IMG/VR virus record: IMGVR_UViG_3300049617_000306
DNA from: a virus
DNA length: 64,000 bases
Direction: 5' to 3' (one strand)
How positions within the stretch are numbered: position 1 is the stretch's first letter; every line of letters starts with the position of its first letter. Shown here piece after piece: positions 37,602-46,190 of the stretch. The notes beneath the pieces are model-generated. The model worked only from the letters and a program-made list of their open reading frames with translations, was not told where the DNA came from and ran no database searches. The position numbers were made by a program, and so were the translations under genes.

Positions 37602-37994
37602 ATGTCCAAGGTGAAGGTTCTTGTAGTCGACGACAGCGACCAGGTTCGTCGAGCGTACGAGCGCATGCTGAAGAAGGAGTACGACTACCGCATCGAGAGC
37701 GACGGGCTCGAGGCTCTGCAGATTGTGCGCGGGAAGGTGTTCGTGCCGGACATCATCGTGTCCGACTACGACATGGGCGTCGGGTTCATGACGGGGGCTC
37801 AGCTCTGTGCGCAGCTGCGCGCGGAAAGCAACCGGGTACCCTTCATCCTCGCCTCCGGCAACTTGGAGGTGGAGACCTTGGCGAGGGAGTGCGGCGCCAG
37901 CTACGGGCTGCTCAAGCCGATCATGCCCTTCCAACTGGACCAGCTGGTCAAACGCCTGGTGCCAGCCGCGCAACCACCCTGCCTGGTCGAGTAG
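37602..37994 (+). CDS. single-domain response regulator (CheY-like receiver)
   Basis: VLVVDD, IIVSDYDM (phospho-Asp), ILASG, KP. Confidence 0.88.
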   Translation: MSKVKVLVVDDSDQVRRAYERMLKKEYDYRIESDGLEALQIVRGKVFVPDIIVSDYDMGVGFMTGAQLCAQLRAESNRVPFILASGNLEVETLARECGASYGLLKPIMPFQLDQLVKRLVPAAQPPCLVE

Positions 37995-37999
37995 TTCAA

Positions 38000-38032
38000 C
38001 GGGGTCCCTTCGGGGGCCCCGCAACTCTTAGC
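38000..38032 (+). terminator. UUCG hairpin + TAGC
   Basis: CGGGGTCCC-TTCG-GGGGCCCCG-CAACTCTTAGC. Confidence 0.7.
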
Positions 38033-38040
38033 TCTTCCGC

Positions 38041-38048
38041 GGCATAAG
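38041..38048 (+). promoter_or_regulatory. GGCATAAG motif
   Basis: Upstream of GAGGAGG SD. Confidence 0.7.
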
Positions 38049-38068
38049 TAGGAAGAGGAGGAACTTCA

Positions 38069-38686
38069 ATGAACACCATAAAGGCGCTGTCGGTTGTACT
38101 TCTGTCTCTCAGCATCGGCTGCGGTACTGGTAGTGACGCTGGTACTGCCGGTGGAAGTAGTGGTAGTAGCGGTGGGCAGTGCTGCACATCCGGCTCGAGC
38201 GGCGGCGGCACAAGTACACAGGGACCCGCCGGACCCCAGGGTCCTGCTGGTCCGCAAGGCGCACCTGGTCTGCAGGGTCCCATCGGCGAGACAGGTGCCA
38301 CCGGACCTGCCGGACCTCAGGGTCCTGCCGGCCCGACCGGTGCGCAGGGGCCCGCGGGTGCTACCGGCCCGACTGGACCTGTTGGCGCGCAGGGGCCTGC
38401 TGGTCCGCAGGGGCCTGCGGGAACCATCGCCAGCACGAGCGAGTACGTTGTGTCGGCAGGTGTACAGACGACAGGCGGGAGCGCTGCCGCCATAGCCTCG
38501 TGCAAGAGCCCCAAAGATCTGCTCCTGGGGGGCACCTGCACGTCCAGCTACACGGGCTTCTACGTGCAGCCGGAGATCGTGCTGGGTAATGGCACCACAT
38601 CGGTGTCGTCCTGGCAGTGCAGCGCGCAGAGTGGTGTCAGCCCAGAGCCGTCCGTGTATGCCGTCGCGCTCTGTCTGACCCCATGA
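38069..38686 (+). CDS. collagen-like lipoprotein
   Basis: Lipobox LSIG|C; about 22 Gly-X-Y triplets; Cys-containing C-terminal domain. Confidence 0.85.
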   Translation: MNTIKALSVVLLSLSIGCGTGSDAGTAGGSSGSSGGQCCTSGSSGGGTSTQGPAGPQGPAGPQGAPGLQGPIGETGATGPAGPQGPAGPTGAQGPAGATGPTGPVGAQGPAGPQGPAGTIASTSEYVVSAGVQTTGGSAAAIASCKSPKDLLLGGTCTSSYTGFYVQPEIVLGNGTTSVSSWQCSAQSGVSPEPSVYAVALCLTP

Positions 38687-38690
38687 AGCA

Positions 38691-38731
38691 GAAGAACAGC
38701 GGCCCCTCACGGGGTCACCTGTTCTTCTAGC
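38691..38731 (+). terminator. hairpin + TAGC
   Basis: GAAGAACAG..GGCCCC-TCAC-GGGGTC..CTGTTCTTC-TAGC. Confidence 0.7.
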
Positions 38732-38758
38732 CCACTATGCAACTCCTCCCCCGCTTCA

Positions 38759-38766
38759 GGGATAAG
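38759..38766 (+). promoter_or_regulatory. GGGATAAG motif
   Basis: Upstream of GAGGAGG SD. Confidence 0.7.
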
Positions 38767-38787
38767 AGACACGAGGAGGCATCGTTC

Positions 38788-39024
38788 ATGTTTCTCACAC
38801 TCATCGTGCGTGCGGCCGTGGGCCTTGTCATGGCCATGGAAACTCCGGTCGAGATGGCCTGCGCGTCGCTCGCCCTGTGGGCTGGCGAGATCCGCGAGGA
38901 GAAGAAGGCCGTGGTGACGCTCAAGATCTACGTCACCGAGCGGGAGCTGGCCCAGATCGCGTACCGGCAGGCCCAGCTGATAGAGGCTGCCGAGCTCGCG
39001 TACCAGCAGAAGCACCCCACCTGA
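38788..39024 (+). CDS. hypothetical protein
   Basis: SD-led ATG. Confidence 0.65.
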   Translation: MFLTLIVRAAVGLVMAMETPVEMACASLALWAGEIREEKKAVVTLKIYVTERELAQIAYRQAQLIEAAELAYQQKHPT

Positions 39025-39165
39025 ACTCAGGTGGTCAGAAGGAGGCACTAGAGATGGAGGATGACAGAGAGAGGCTGAAGGCGCCGCTCAAGGCAGAGCA
39101 GCGCCGCAAGCTGGAGGAGCTCGGCCTTGTAGTTGTAGGGGCCGTGCAAAACCAGAGCAATAAGA

Positions 39166-39173
39166 GGGATAAG
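39166..39173 (+). promoter_or_regulatory. GGGATAAG motif followed by a hairpin
   Basis: AGGCGG-TACTT-CCGCCT then AAGGAGG SD. Confidence 0.65.
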
Positions 39174-39227
39174 AGAAGTGAGGCGGTACTTCCGCCTGGA
39201 ACAACTAAGAAGGAGGACCAAGTCATC

Positions 39228-39626
39228 ATGCCCACCACCCAAAGTCACACCGAGTCGGCTACCACTGCTTCGCCCGAGACCGTTTCAGATCTCGAGCGCC
39301 GCATGGAGAAGCTGCAGACGGATATCAAGGAGGCAACGTTCCACACCGCCTCGGATGTGAACGCGCTTCTCGGCCACGCCAGGCTGACCTACGAGGAGAC
39401 GACTCGTCTCCGCGAGAGCATGGGCCGCACCAGCGAGGATGTGCTCGCGTTCCGCAAGGAGTTCGCCAAGGCGAACAGCACCAAGGCGCACATCGTCCGC
39501 GGCGCAGCCATCGCCGGTGGCGTCGTCGTCGGCGGCACCCTCAGCGCTCTGCTGGGGCGGCTCATCTGGCGCAAGCCGGCCAAGGCGCTGATGCCCGATG
39601 CGGCGCAGCCCATCGCGGCGGCGTGA
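39228..39626 (+). CDS. coiled-coil protein with C-terminal TM anchor (alternative in-frame start at 39054)
   Basis: Strong SD at both starts. Confidence 0.7.
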   Translation: MPTTQSHTESATTASPETVSDLERRMEKLQTDIKEATFHTASDVNALLGHARLTYEETTRLRESMGRTSEDVLAFRKEFAKANSTKAHIVRGAAIAGGVVVGGTLSALLGRLIWRKPAKALMPDAAQPIAAA

Positions 39627-39631
39627 AGAAG

Positions 39632-39695
39632 TAGGTGAGTCAGCCTCCGGGCTGACAGAGAGGGCCGCCCTTCGGGGCGGCGCTCTTCACCTAGC
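39632..39695 (+). terminator. branched hairpin + TAGC
   Basis: TAGGTGA/TCACCTA closes two hairpins, one with a UUCG loop. Confidence 0.7.
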
Positions 39696-39723
39696 CTTCA
39701 CCTGCAATAACAAGGACTTCGGG

Positions 39724-39857
39724 GGGATAAGAAGTACGAAGGTGTGCCTCCCCTTCAGTCGTGGCTCGTCGCCGTTGCCTTCTTGCGGCGATGGGTTGCG
39801 CACCGGCCCGCCCCTCCCAGCTGACACAGGGAGGGGCGGGAGCGGCCGTTTCTTAGC
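39724..39857 (+). ncRNA. candidate sRNA: GGGATAAG motif, three hairpins, TAGC terminator, no credible ORF
   Basis: 15-bp stem 39760-39800; CU-rich loops. Confidence 0.5.
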
Positions 39858-39971
39858 CCTACGCCCGTGTGGGTTCGCGGGGAAGTACAACAGCCTTCTC
39901 CTACTTGACACGTTGTTTTTCCTTGCGGGGGACCCAGGGTGTACGTACAACAAGGGTGAAAGGAGGACGCC

Positions 39972-40250
39972 GTGACCCTGAACGACACCGAGATGTTCGA
40001 GACCGCAAACGAGGCGGTCCTCTTCTGCCACTCGTACCTCCTGGAGAAGGGCGAAGCTGCCGCCGCCGTCTACCTCGAGGGACTCGACTGCATCAGCGAC
40101 TTGCGCGGTGCCCGCATTGCTTACAACAGGCTCGTGGCAGCCGAGCAGCGCACGGTCAGCCAGGCCGTGCGGTATGCGGTGACCTCTGCCCTGCGTGCGG
40201 TAGAGCGCACGCTCGACGCCAGCGCGCCGCGTCTACACGCCGTCGCCTGA
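39972..40250 (+). CDS. hypothetical protein
   Basis: AGGAGG SD; TTGACA box upstream. Confidence 0.7.
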   Translation: MTLNDTEMFETANEAVLFCHSYLLEKGEAAAAVYLEGLDCISDLRGARIAYNRLVAAEQRTVSQAVRYAVTSALRAVERTLDASAPRLHAVA

Positions 40251-40271
40251 AGCAAACGCAGCTCCTAGTGC

Positions 40272-40279
40272 GGGATAAG
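40272..40279 (+). promoter_or_regulatory. GGGATAAG motif followed by a hairpin
   Basis: CGAGAGC/GCTCTCG then AGGAGG SD. Confidence 0.7.
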
Positions 40280-40322
40280 AGAAGCGAGAGCTTCTCGATG
40301 CTCTCGTACTAGGAGGCACTGC

Positions 40323-40925
40323 ATGTACTGCTTTCAGGTTACGGAACGTGTGAATGTAGGACTGCCCATCCTGTGGGACGACGAAGGACCGTCCCTCGAA
40401 CAGCCGGAAGGCTGGCCTGGGCAGCTGAAGCTGGACGCCCCGCTAGCAGAGGGGATCGTCTGGGCGTCCGAGTTCGGGGTCACGCGCCTTTGGCAGACCA
40501 GCTTGGACGTGGGTGTGAACTACTTGCTGTTCAAGAAGCCCAGCAAGACCAACGAGCGCATCGCTCTCGTTCACATCGCCACGGCCGCAGGGGTAGGCGG
40601 CAAGGTCTACCTCACGGCGAATGCGTATGAAGAAGTGATGCAGCACAAGGTGACGAGGGAGTACAGGCCGTTCCCCGGCGCCGGCGTGACCCCCCTCTGC
40701 AAGCCGGAGGTCGTGGCGGCAGCAAACGCCGGGGTCGACGCGCTCAACATGCTGGTGATGATGCACCCGGGGGCGAGCTTCCGCATCCGCCGCAACGGCA
40801 AGCTAGAAGGGGCGAGCCCTCAGCTGTTCGTGCAGTGGAACGGCTCCGCGCTCGAGCACACCCTGCCCAGGCGCTACCGCTACGAGGAGCGCGCGACCAC
40901 GGGCTTCTTGTCGGCCGAGGCGTGA
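40323..40925 (+). CDS. hypothetical protein
   Basis: SD-led. Confidence 0.7.
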   Translation: MYCFQVTERVNVGLPILWDDEGPSLEQPEGWPGQLKLDAPLAEGIVWASEFGVTRLWQTSLDVGVNYLLFKKPSKTNERIALVHIATAAGVGGKVYLTANAYEEVMQHKVTREYRPFPGAGVTPLCKPEVVAAANAGVDALNMLVMMHPGASFRIRRNGKLEGASPQLFVQWNGSALEHTLPRRYRYEERATTGFLSAEA

Positions 40926-41230
40926 GTTGGTGCGTGCGGAGCAGGCTTGCTGGCCTGCTCCGCAGGCTCCTTTTTCTTATCCTTCGGCGCGGCCGCGCGG
41001 TCGGGCGACACGCCCTCGATCTTCTTACCCGCCTGGTCGAGCAGCGCGCGGATGCTGCGCATGCACGGCCCACAGAGGTCCTCGAACTCCACGGTGCGCG
41101 CAGCGCCCTCCGTCACCACCAGCTTGGCAGTGAACTGCGGCGTGACTTCCTTGACCGCGGCGTCGAACTCCCGCGTCTCCGTGCGCTCGCACCGCGAGCA
41201 CTGAACCTCAACCACCTGTCGTCGTGCCAT
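40880..41230 (-). CDS. Zn-ribbon protein (CxxC...DLCxxC), Lsr2-N-like layout
   Basis: MARRQVVEVQCSRC...EDLCGPC. Confidence 0.55.
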   Translation of the reverse strand: MARRQVVEVQCSRCERTETREFDAAVKEVTPQFTAKLVVTEGAARTVEFEDLCGPCMRSIRALLDQAGKKIEGVSPDRAAAPKDKKKEPAEQASKPAPHAPTHASADKKPVVARSS

Positions 41231-41411
41231 CAGATGCTCCTCTCGTCTTGCGCCACAAGTAAGTCTTCAAGATCGCGCGCTCGCCCTTGGTGAGCGGGTC
41301 GTTCCCGAGACCGCTGAACCAGGCCTCGAAGGCCTGGATGTCCTCGTCCACTGCAGCCTCCAGCGCTTCGGGACGCTCGAGTTCTTCTACTGCTACCACA
41401 ACACGCGGCAT
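41208..41411 (-). CDS. hypothetical protein
   Basis: GGAGGAG SD. Confidence 0.65.
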   Translation of the reverse strand: MPRVVVAVEELERPEALEAAVDEDIQAFEAWFSGLGNDPLTKGERAILKTYLWRKTRGASDGTTTGG

Positions 41412-41432
41412 GGCAACTCCTCCATCGTTTCG

Positions 41433-41440
41433 GGGATAAG
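41433..41440 (+). promoter_or_regulatory. GGGATAAG motif
   Basis: Divergent intergenic gap. Confidence 0.65.
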
Positions 41441-41457
41441 GGTAATGAGGCATCCAC

Positions 41458-41712
41458 ATGTTCAAGAGCATCTACAACATCTTCGAAAAGCTAGTATCCG
41501 AGAAAGACCACCTGACCCGGCAGTGCCAGGAACTGCTCGACATGCGAGAGCTGGCCGCATCCGAGCAGGCGCACCCGCTGACGATCCGGGCCATCGACTT
41601 CGAGATCGAGTACGTCAAGAGCAGCCTCGAGGAGCTCGAGCTCCTGTGCCGGACCACCTGCGTGAGCCGGGGCCGGCACATCGTGACCGAGGTTAGGGGA
41701 GGGCAGTGCTGA
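41458..41712 (+). CDS. hypothetical protein
   Basis: ORF track. Confidence 0.65.
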   Translation: MFKSIYNIFEKLVSEKDHLTRQCQELLDMRELAASEQAHPLTIRAIDFEIEYVKSSLEELELLCRTTCVSRGRHIVTEVRGGQC

Positions 41713-41897
41713 TGACCGTTCGAGAGTGGAACGTCGAGGGGCTGGAGATCATCGTCTTCAGGGGCGACGGGCGCGGATACGTGTGGGTCGGCGGCAAGAG
41801 CAAAGGCGGCGGTGACGTCATCCTTGCGAGCGGCCGTGCCCAGCTGGACAAGGTCATCGAGGTCCTACAGAAAGCCCGCGAGCACCTGCGGGGTTGA
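41706..41897 (+). CDS. hypothetical protein
   Basis: ORF track. Confidence 0.65.
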   Translation: MLMTVREWNVEGLEIIVFRGDGRGYVWVGGKSKGGGDVILASGRAQLDKVIEVLQKAREHLRG

Positions 41898-41903
41898 AGT
41901 ATC

Positions 41904-41939
41904 GCGCTGCGCCCTTCGGGGCGCGGCGCTATTCTTAGC
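41904..41939 (+). terminator. UUCG hairpin + TTCTTAGC
   Basis: GCGCTGCGCCC-TTCG-GGGCGCGGCGC-TATTCTTAGC. Confidence 0.75.
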
Positions 41940-41944
41940 CCCCG

Positions 41945-42391
41945 ATGCAGACCATCCGCAGGGCCACCGAAGAAGACGCCCAACGCATGCTCGCGCTCGA
42001 GCAAGTCTTTCCGAACTCGATGACCGATACGATGCTGCTGCGCGAGCTCGAGGTCGGGGTCGGCTACGTGCTGCTCGACGACGAGGCGGACGCGGTGCGC
42101 GTGGTGGGCTACGCCCTGGTGCGTCAGGACAAGGACCTGCTCGACCTCACGCGCTTGGCCATCGAGCCGGGGTTGCATGGCCGCGGCTACGGCCGCTTCC
42201 TGCTGTCCTTCATCTGCGCCTCTGCAGACGCCGAGGGACGCGCGCTCATACTTACGGTGCTCAAGGACAACCACCGCGCCATCCTCCTCTACCTGCGTGC
42301 GGGCTTCAGGGTCGTCGGGCACTACGTTAGGGAGCACGCTTGGGCAATGCGCCGAGACGTGCCGGGCGCGGCCCATCCAACGCGCTGCTGA
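41945..42391 (+). CDS. GNAT acetyltransferase, RimI-like
   Basis: LAIEPGLHGRGYGRFLL (motif A), N.RAILLY.RAGF. Confidence 0.85.
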   Translation: MQTIRRATEEDAQRMLALEQVFPNSMTDTMLLRELEVGVGYVLLDDEADAVRVVGYALVRQDKDLLDLTRLAIEPGLHGRGYGRFLLSFICASADAEGRALILTVLKDNHRAILLYLRAGFRVVGHYVREHAWAMRRDVPGAAHPTRC

Positions 42392-42560
42392 CGTAGTTCG
42401 CACCGCACCCGACGCACTGCATCACGACCTTGCCACCGGGCAGGCGCTTGATGCCGCAGATGTTGTGGCACTTCATGCAGCGCTGCTGGCCCATGCCACC
42501 GGCGGGCTGCTTGCGGATGACGTTGCCGCGGGTGTCCTTCACGCTGCGGATGATCTTCAC
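42327..42560 (-). CDS. small Zn-ribbon protein
   Basis: CMKC...CVGC. Confidence 0.6.
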   Translation of the reverse strand: MKIIRSVKDTRGNVIRKQPAGGMGQQRCMKCHNICGIKRLPGGKVVMQCVGCGANYVSSALDGPRPARLGALPKRAP

Positions 42561-42982
42561 TGGTCTCCTCCGAACTCGATGGGCTTGTCCTCGTCCACAG
42601 TCGCGAGGATGGGAACGGGACTCTCCGAGGCCTGCTTCTCGGCCGCCGCCAGCTCCTCGATGTACGCCTTGAGGTAGGCGTTCCAGTCGATGTTGCCGCC
42701 CGCGAACGGCAAGCTTCGCAGCTCCGTCACCCCGCAGTTGATGAGGCGGACGTGCCCGTTGAGGACGTCTCCCACCACCGTGCGCAGCACCGCGTTCTGG
42801 GCCTCCAGCATCTGGATACCGTCGGAGAAGACTTTCGTGTTGGTGTTGAAGGCGTCCTCGAGCTGCTTGACACGATCTTGCAGCCCCTGAATGACGAGAC
42901 GAACGTTAGGTCCCTGCTGTTGGCGGGGCCCCGTCGGGCTCGGGCTGGCGCTTCTTCTTTTTCTTCGGCTTTCCGTTGCCAT
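42557..42982 (-). CDS. hypothetical protein
   Basis: ORF track. Confidence 0.65.
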   Translation of the reverse strand: MATESRRKRRSASPSPTGPRQQQGPNVRLVIQGLQDRVKQLEDAFNTNTKVFSDGIQMLEAQNAVLRTVVGDVLNGHVRLINCGVTELRSLPFAGGNIDWNAYLKAYIEELAAAEKQASESPVPILATVDEDKPIEFGGDQ

Positions 42983-43280
42983 CGGTGCTCTGGACTCCTT
43001 CTGGGCACGACCACGGGGGCAGGTCCTCGGGGTTCTTGGACGCCTTGATCATCTTCGAGCGCAGCTCGTTCTCGTACAGGGAGAGCTCCTCGAACACCTC
43101 GTAGACGTAGTCGGACTCGACCTGGCTCTCGCTCATCGGCAAGTTCTCGCAGATGATGGGCTTGTAGTTGGCCGACGGTACGTCCGACTTCATGTGGTGC
43201 TCGGACAGCAGGCGCTGAAGAGCCACGACGACGGCGTGTTTGCTTGCGAACCGCTTGAAGGCGCTCATGACGTTGTCCAC
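42906..43280 (-). CDS. hypothetical protein
   Basis: ORF track; TACACT upstream. Confidence 0.6.
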   Translation of the reverse strand: MDNVMSAFKRFASKHAVVVALQRLLSEHHMKSDVPSANYKPIICENLPMSESQVESDYVYEVFEELSLYENELRSKMIKASKNPEDLPPWSCPEGVQSTDGNGKPKKKKKRQPEPDGAPPTAGT

Positions 43281-43295
43281 GCAGTGTACACGATC

Positions 43296-43955
43296 TCAGG
43301 CAGATAGCAGGGCCTTGAAGCGCCCTAGCAGGTCTGCCCCCGAGGCGGTGTCCTTGATGATGTTCTTCAGGCGGTAGACGTAGACGTCCCGCTTGGTGCG
43401 CGCTGCGTTGAGCTTCTCGCCCCCGAGCTGCCGGCCCTGTTCGATCTCCGCGGCCTTTCGGATGTCGGCCTTGGGCAGCTTCACGTAGATGTCCGCGTTG
43501 TGCCCGAGGCGCACGAAGTACTTGTAGATGAGGCGGGCCCAGTCGTTGGTGGTCAGCCGCGCGAAGACTTCGCCGTGCACCTGGCTGCCCTTCCAAACGC
43601 GCTGGCAGTCTGGGCAGACCAGGTGGCCATAGCCCTGCGAGGCGTCTGGGATGATGCCGCGGCACTCACCCATCTTCAGCTCGCGCGCCGGGCACTCGTA
43701 GATCTTGCAGTCGCCCCCTCCGTGCAGCTTCGCTCCACTCTCCCAGAGCGACAGCGCCCCGGCGTAGGGAACGCGGCCGCTGCGACGGCTGGAGAAGAGC
43801 AGCTCGATCTTGTACTTGGCCACCTGCTGCTGGGCGAGGAGCTTGTCCAGCGCCTGCATGCGCTTCTTCAGCGTGTCGAGCTCCTCCTCCGTCAGCTGCG
43901 GGGCTGCGTCGATGGAGTTGTCCTGCCCCCACTTCACCTCACCGATGTTCGGCAT
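43296..43955 (-). CDS. Zn-binding hypothetical protein
   Basis: C...C...CPDC; start at MPNIGEV. Confidence 0.7.
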   Translation of the reverse strand: MPNIGEVKWGQDNSIDAAPQLTEEELDTLKKRMQALDKLLAQQQVAKYKIELLFSSRRSGRVPYAGALSLWESGAKLHGGGDCKIYECPARELKMGECRGIIPDASQGYGHLVCPDCQRVWKGSQVHGEVFARLTTNDWARLIYKYFVRLGHNADIYVKLPKADIRKAAEIEQGRQLGGEKLNAARTKRDVYVYRLKNIIKDTASGADLLGRFKALLSA

Positions 43956-44422
43956 CAGCCACCCCTCATCTTGTTCTGCACGGCCATGGGACCGACGGGT
44001 ACCATGCCCGCAGGACCAGCGCCGCGCTTGCCGCCGGCGGTGTCGTTGCGGGAGTTGCCCAGCAAGGGAATCTCCATGACCTCCGCCCTCGACTGCGGCG
44101 AGCTCTCGATGATGCTGATGACGTCGGCGTAGTGCTGGGCGATGTCCTCGCCTTGCAGCAGGATGCGCCAGGCGAAGACCATCTTGTCGGTCTCCTTCTT
44201 GATGAAGTACGACTTCGAGAGGTCGACCTTCCAGGGGCGCGACTCCATCGCCTTGAGCAGGCGCCACTTCACGATCTTCCAGTTGCCCTCGTTCGAACCG
44301 AGGCGGTCGCCCGGGATGCGCCCGAGGATGCGCAGCTGGTTGGGTGACTCGGCCTGCGAGACAACCTCGAAGCCGACCTTCTTGCGCAGAGCAAGGAACA
44401 GCTTGTCAGCCGGCGTCGACAT
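43955..44422 (-). CDS. hypothetical protein
   Basis: Coupled operon. Confidence 0.7.
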   Translation of the reverse strand: MSTPADKLFLALRKKVGFEVVSQAESPNQLRILGRIPGDRLGSNEGNWKIVKWRLLKAMESRPWKVDLSKSYFIKKETDKMVFAWRILLQGEDIAQHYADVISIIESSPQSRAEVMEIPLLGNSRNDTAGGKRGAGPAGMVPVGPMAVQNKMRGG

Positions 44423-44897
44423 GGGGCTCCGTGAGCGACGGGACGCAGACCATGAAGGCCTTCGTCGTGCCGAAGAACAGCTCGCGCACGTCACTGAAGA
44501 AGACGTGCACGCCGTCGTGCACCAAGTACGTCCTGCCGTTGGTCATCATGGTTGCGATGGACTCCGACTTCCAGGCGATGACGAACCCGCCCAGCGGAGT
44601 GCGCCCGTAGGTGACCTCGAAGTCGGTCGACTGGTCTCCTTCCTCGACATGCAGCAGCCCGGTGGTCGCAGTCTCGGCGTACTGGCGTACCACCTCGAGG
44701 TCGGTCTCACGCACCAGGGCATACTGCTCGCTCTCGAGCGCCTCGGCGACGATGCGCGCGGCCACCTCGAGGTCCAGCGGTTCACCGACTGTCGCCTCGC
44801 GATCGATGACGGCGCTGATGCGCTTCATCTCTGCGAGCTGCGCGGGGGAGATGATGCCGGCCCTAAGGACTGCTTCGGTGATGGGGTTCATGCTCAC
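44406..44897 (-). CDS. hypothetical protein
   Basis: Coupled operon. Confidence 0.7.
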   Translation of the reverse strand: MSMNPITEAVLRAGIISPAQLAEMKRISAVIDREATVGEPLDLEVAARIVAEALESEQYALVRETDLEVVRQYAETATTGLLHVEEGDQSTDFEVTYGRTPLGGFVIAWKSESIATMMTNGRTYLVHDGVHVFFSDVRELFFGTTKAFMVCVPSLTEPHVDAG

Positions 44898-45430
44898 ACC
44901 TGCGGTATGACGAGCTTGTAGCTCTTCTGGGTGTCTACCAGCGCAGCAGCCCTAGTGTATGCCGCGCAGAGAACAATGACGTGGTCTTCTAGCTGCCGGT
45001 CGATGACGAAGGGCACGCCGTAGAGCTCCTCGTGTGTCGACGGGTCGATGGTGGTGGTGCTCTCGTACCAGCGCCAGAACTGGGTGTTGGCACCGGCGAC
45101 AATGGCCACTGGAAAGAGATGGTCGGCTGCAGCACTGTCGAAGAGCTGACCAACAGCCACCGCGGCGTTGGGGTCCGGGTCCCCGAGCTCCACGACCCGG
45201 CTGTTGCGGATGACCGCGTAGGGCTGCAGCGTAGCGAAGTCGATCTCGAGGGGCTTGAGCGGGTCGCCCTCGCGCATGAAGTGCCGGTACTCGACCTTGC
45301 CACGCGCGTCGATGTGGATGCTCTGCACACGGGGCAGCTTCAGGATGTCCTCGATGGCCTTGAGGAAGCCACGTACCCCGACGTTCTTGGGGATCTCGAC
45401 CGTCCCGGTGACCTCTTCGTACTCCGCCAC
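44894..45430 (-). CDS. hypothetical protein
   Basis: Coupled operon. Confidence 0.7.
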   Translation of the reverse strand: MAEYEEVTGTVEIPKNVGVRGFLKAIEDILKLPRVQSIHIDARGKVEYRHFMREGDPLKPLEIDFATLQPYAVIRNSRVVELGDPDPNAAVAVGQLFDSAAADHLFPVAIVAGANTQFWRWYESTTTIDPSTHEELYGVPFVIDRQLEDHVIVLCAAYTRAAALVDTQKSYKLVIPQV

Positions 45431-45609
45431 TAGACCTGCTCCACTTCGCCGTCCGGCCGGCGCTGCCGCTCCACCTTGTCCGCTTCGACCGCCTGCTGCA
45501 AGAAGGTGATGACCATCGCCGACACGGTGGTGTGTCGACGGCGTGCAACCTTCTCCACCTCGGTCTTGAGTCCCGAGGCGACCCGCACCTGAAGACGACT
45601 CTCCTTCAT
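45430..45609 (-). CDS. ribbon-helix-helix DNA-binding protein, 59 aa
   Basis: MKESRLQVRVASGLKTEVEKVARRRHTTVSAMVITFLQQAV; fills the gap exactly; below the track cutoff. Confidence 0.7.
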   Translation of the reverse strand: MKESRLQVRVASGLKTEVEKVARRRHTTVSAMVITFLQQAVEADKVERQRRPDGEVEQV

Positions 45610-45857
45610 CCCTGAACGAACTTCAGCGCGTCGAGGTAGTCACGCAGACCCTCGAGAGGAAAGCGCTTGAGGATGAACTCGACCACCTTGTCGTGGGCGA
45701 AGTCGAGGACTTCCTCGGTCATGGGCTTGCCCACGAGCTCGGGGGCGAGCTCCTTCTCGAGCTCGATCTTCATCTTGCTGTTGAGCCCGATGAAGGTCGG
45801 CAGCCACATGAAGTTGAGCTCGAGCTTGCCCGGCTCCGTACTAACGACAGCTCTCAC
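45606..45857 (-). CDS. hypothetical protein
   Basis: Coupled operon. Confidence 0.7.
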   Translation of the reverse strand: MRAVVSTEPGKLELNFMWLPTFIGLNSKMKIELEKELAPELVGKPMTEEVLDFAHDKVVEFILKRFPLEGLRDYLDALKFVQG

Positions 45858-46189
45858 GCTCCCTCCTTGGGCAGGACGTACAGTACGTCCATCGCACGAA
45901 TCATCCCGGTGTCGTCCTCGAGCTGCTTCAGCAGCGCCTTGCCCTGCTGATGCTCGAGGTGCTCGCGGAAGAAGGCGACCCGGTCGCCAACCTCAATCCC
46001 CACAGGCTCCACGATCTCCCGTTCCAGCGTGTCGGACCAGCGGCGGTTGCCCGGACCGACGCGCAGGACCTTGCCGACACGCTGCCGCTCGACCTGGGTT
46101 GTGCCCTCGAGGATGATGCCCCCAGGAGACGTCTTCGGCAGCGGCTCCAGCTGCAGTACCAGCCAGTCGCGAAGAGGACGGACGCGCAT
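45854..46189 (-). CDS. groES: co-chaperonin GroES (Cpn10)
   Basis: RPLRDWLV...TSPGGIIL...GKVLRVGPG...VGDRV.F. Confidence 0.88.
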   Translation of the reverse strand: MRVRPLRDWLVLQLEPLPKTSPGGIILEGTTQVERQRVGKVLRVGPGNRRWSDTLEREIVEPVGIEVGDRVAFFREHLEHQQGKALLKQLEDDTGMIRAMDVLYVLPKEGA

Positions 46190-46190
46190 G

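Noticed and set aside
38218-38423. CRISPR or DNA tandem repeat
   Set aside because: The periodicity is collagen Gly-X-Y coding. No repeat-spacer array or cas gene was seen in the window.
40976-40983. Additional GGATAAG motif copy
   Set aside because: It lies inside a CDS encoding KDKKK with no downstream start; likely chance.
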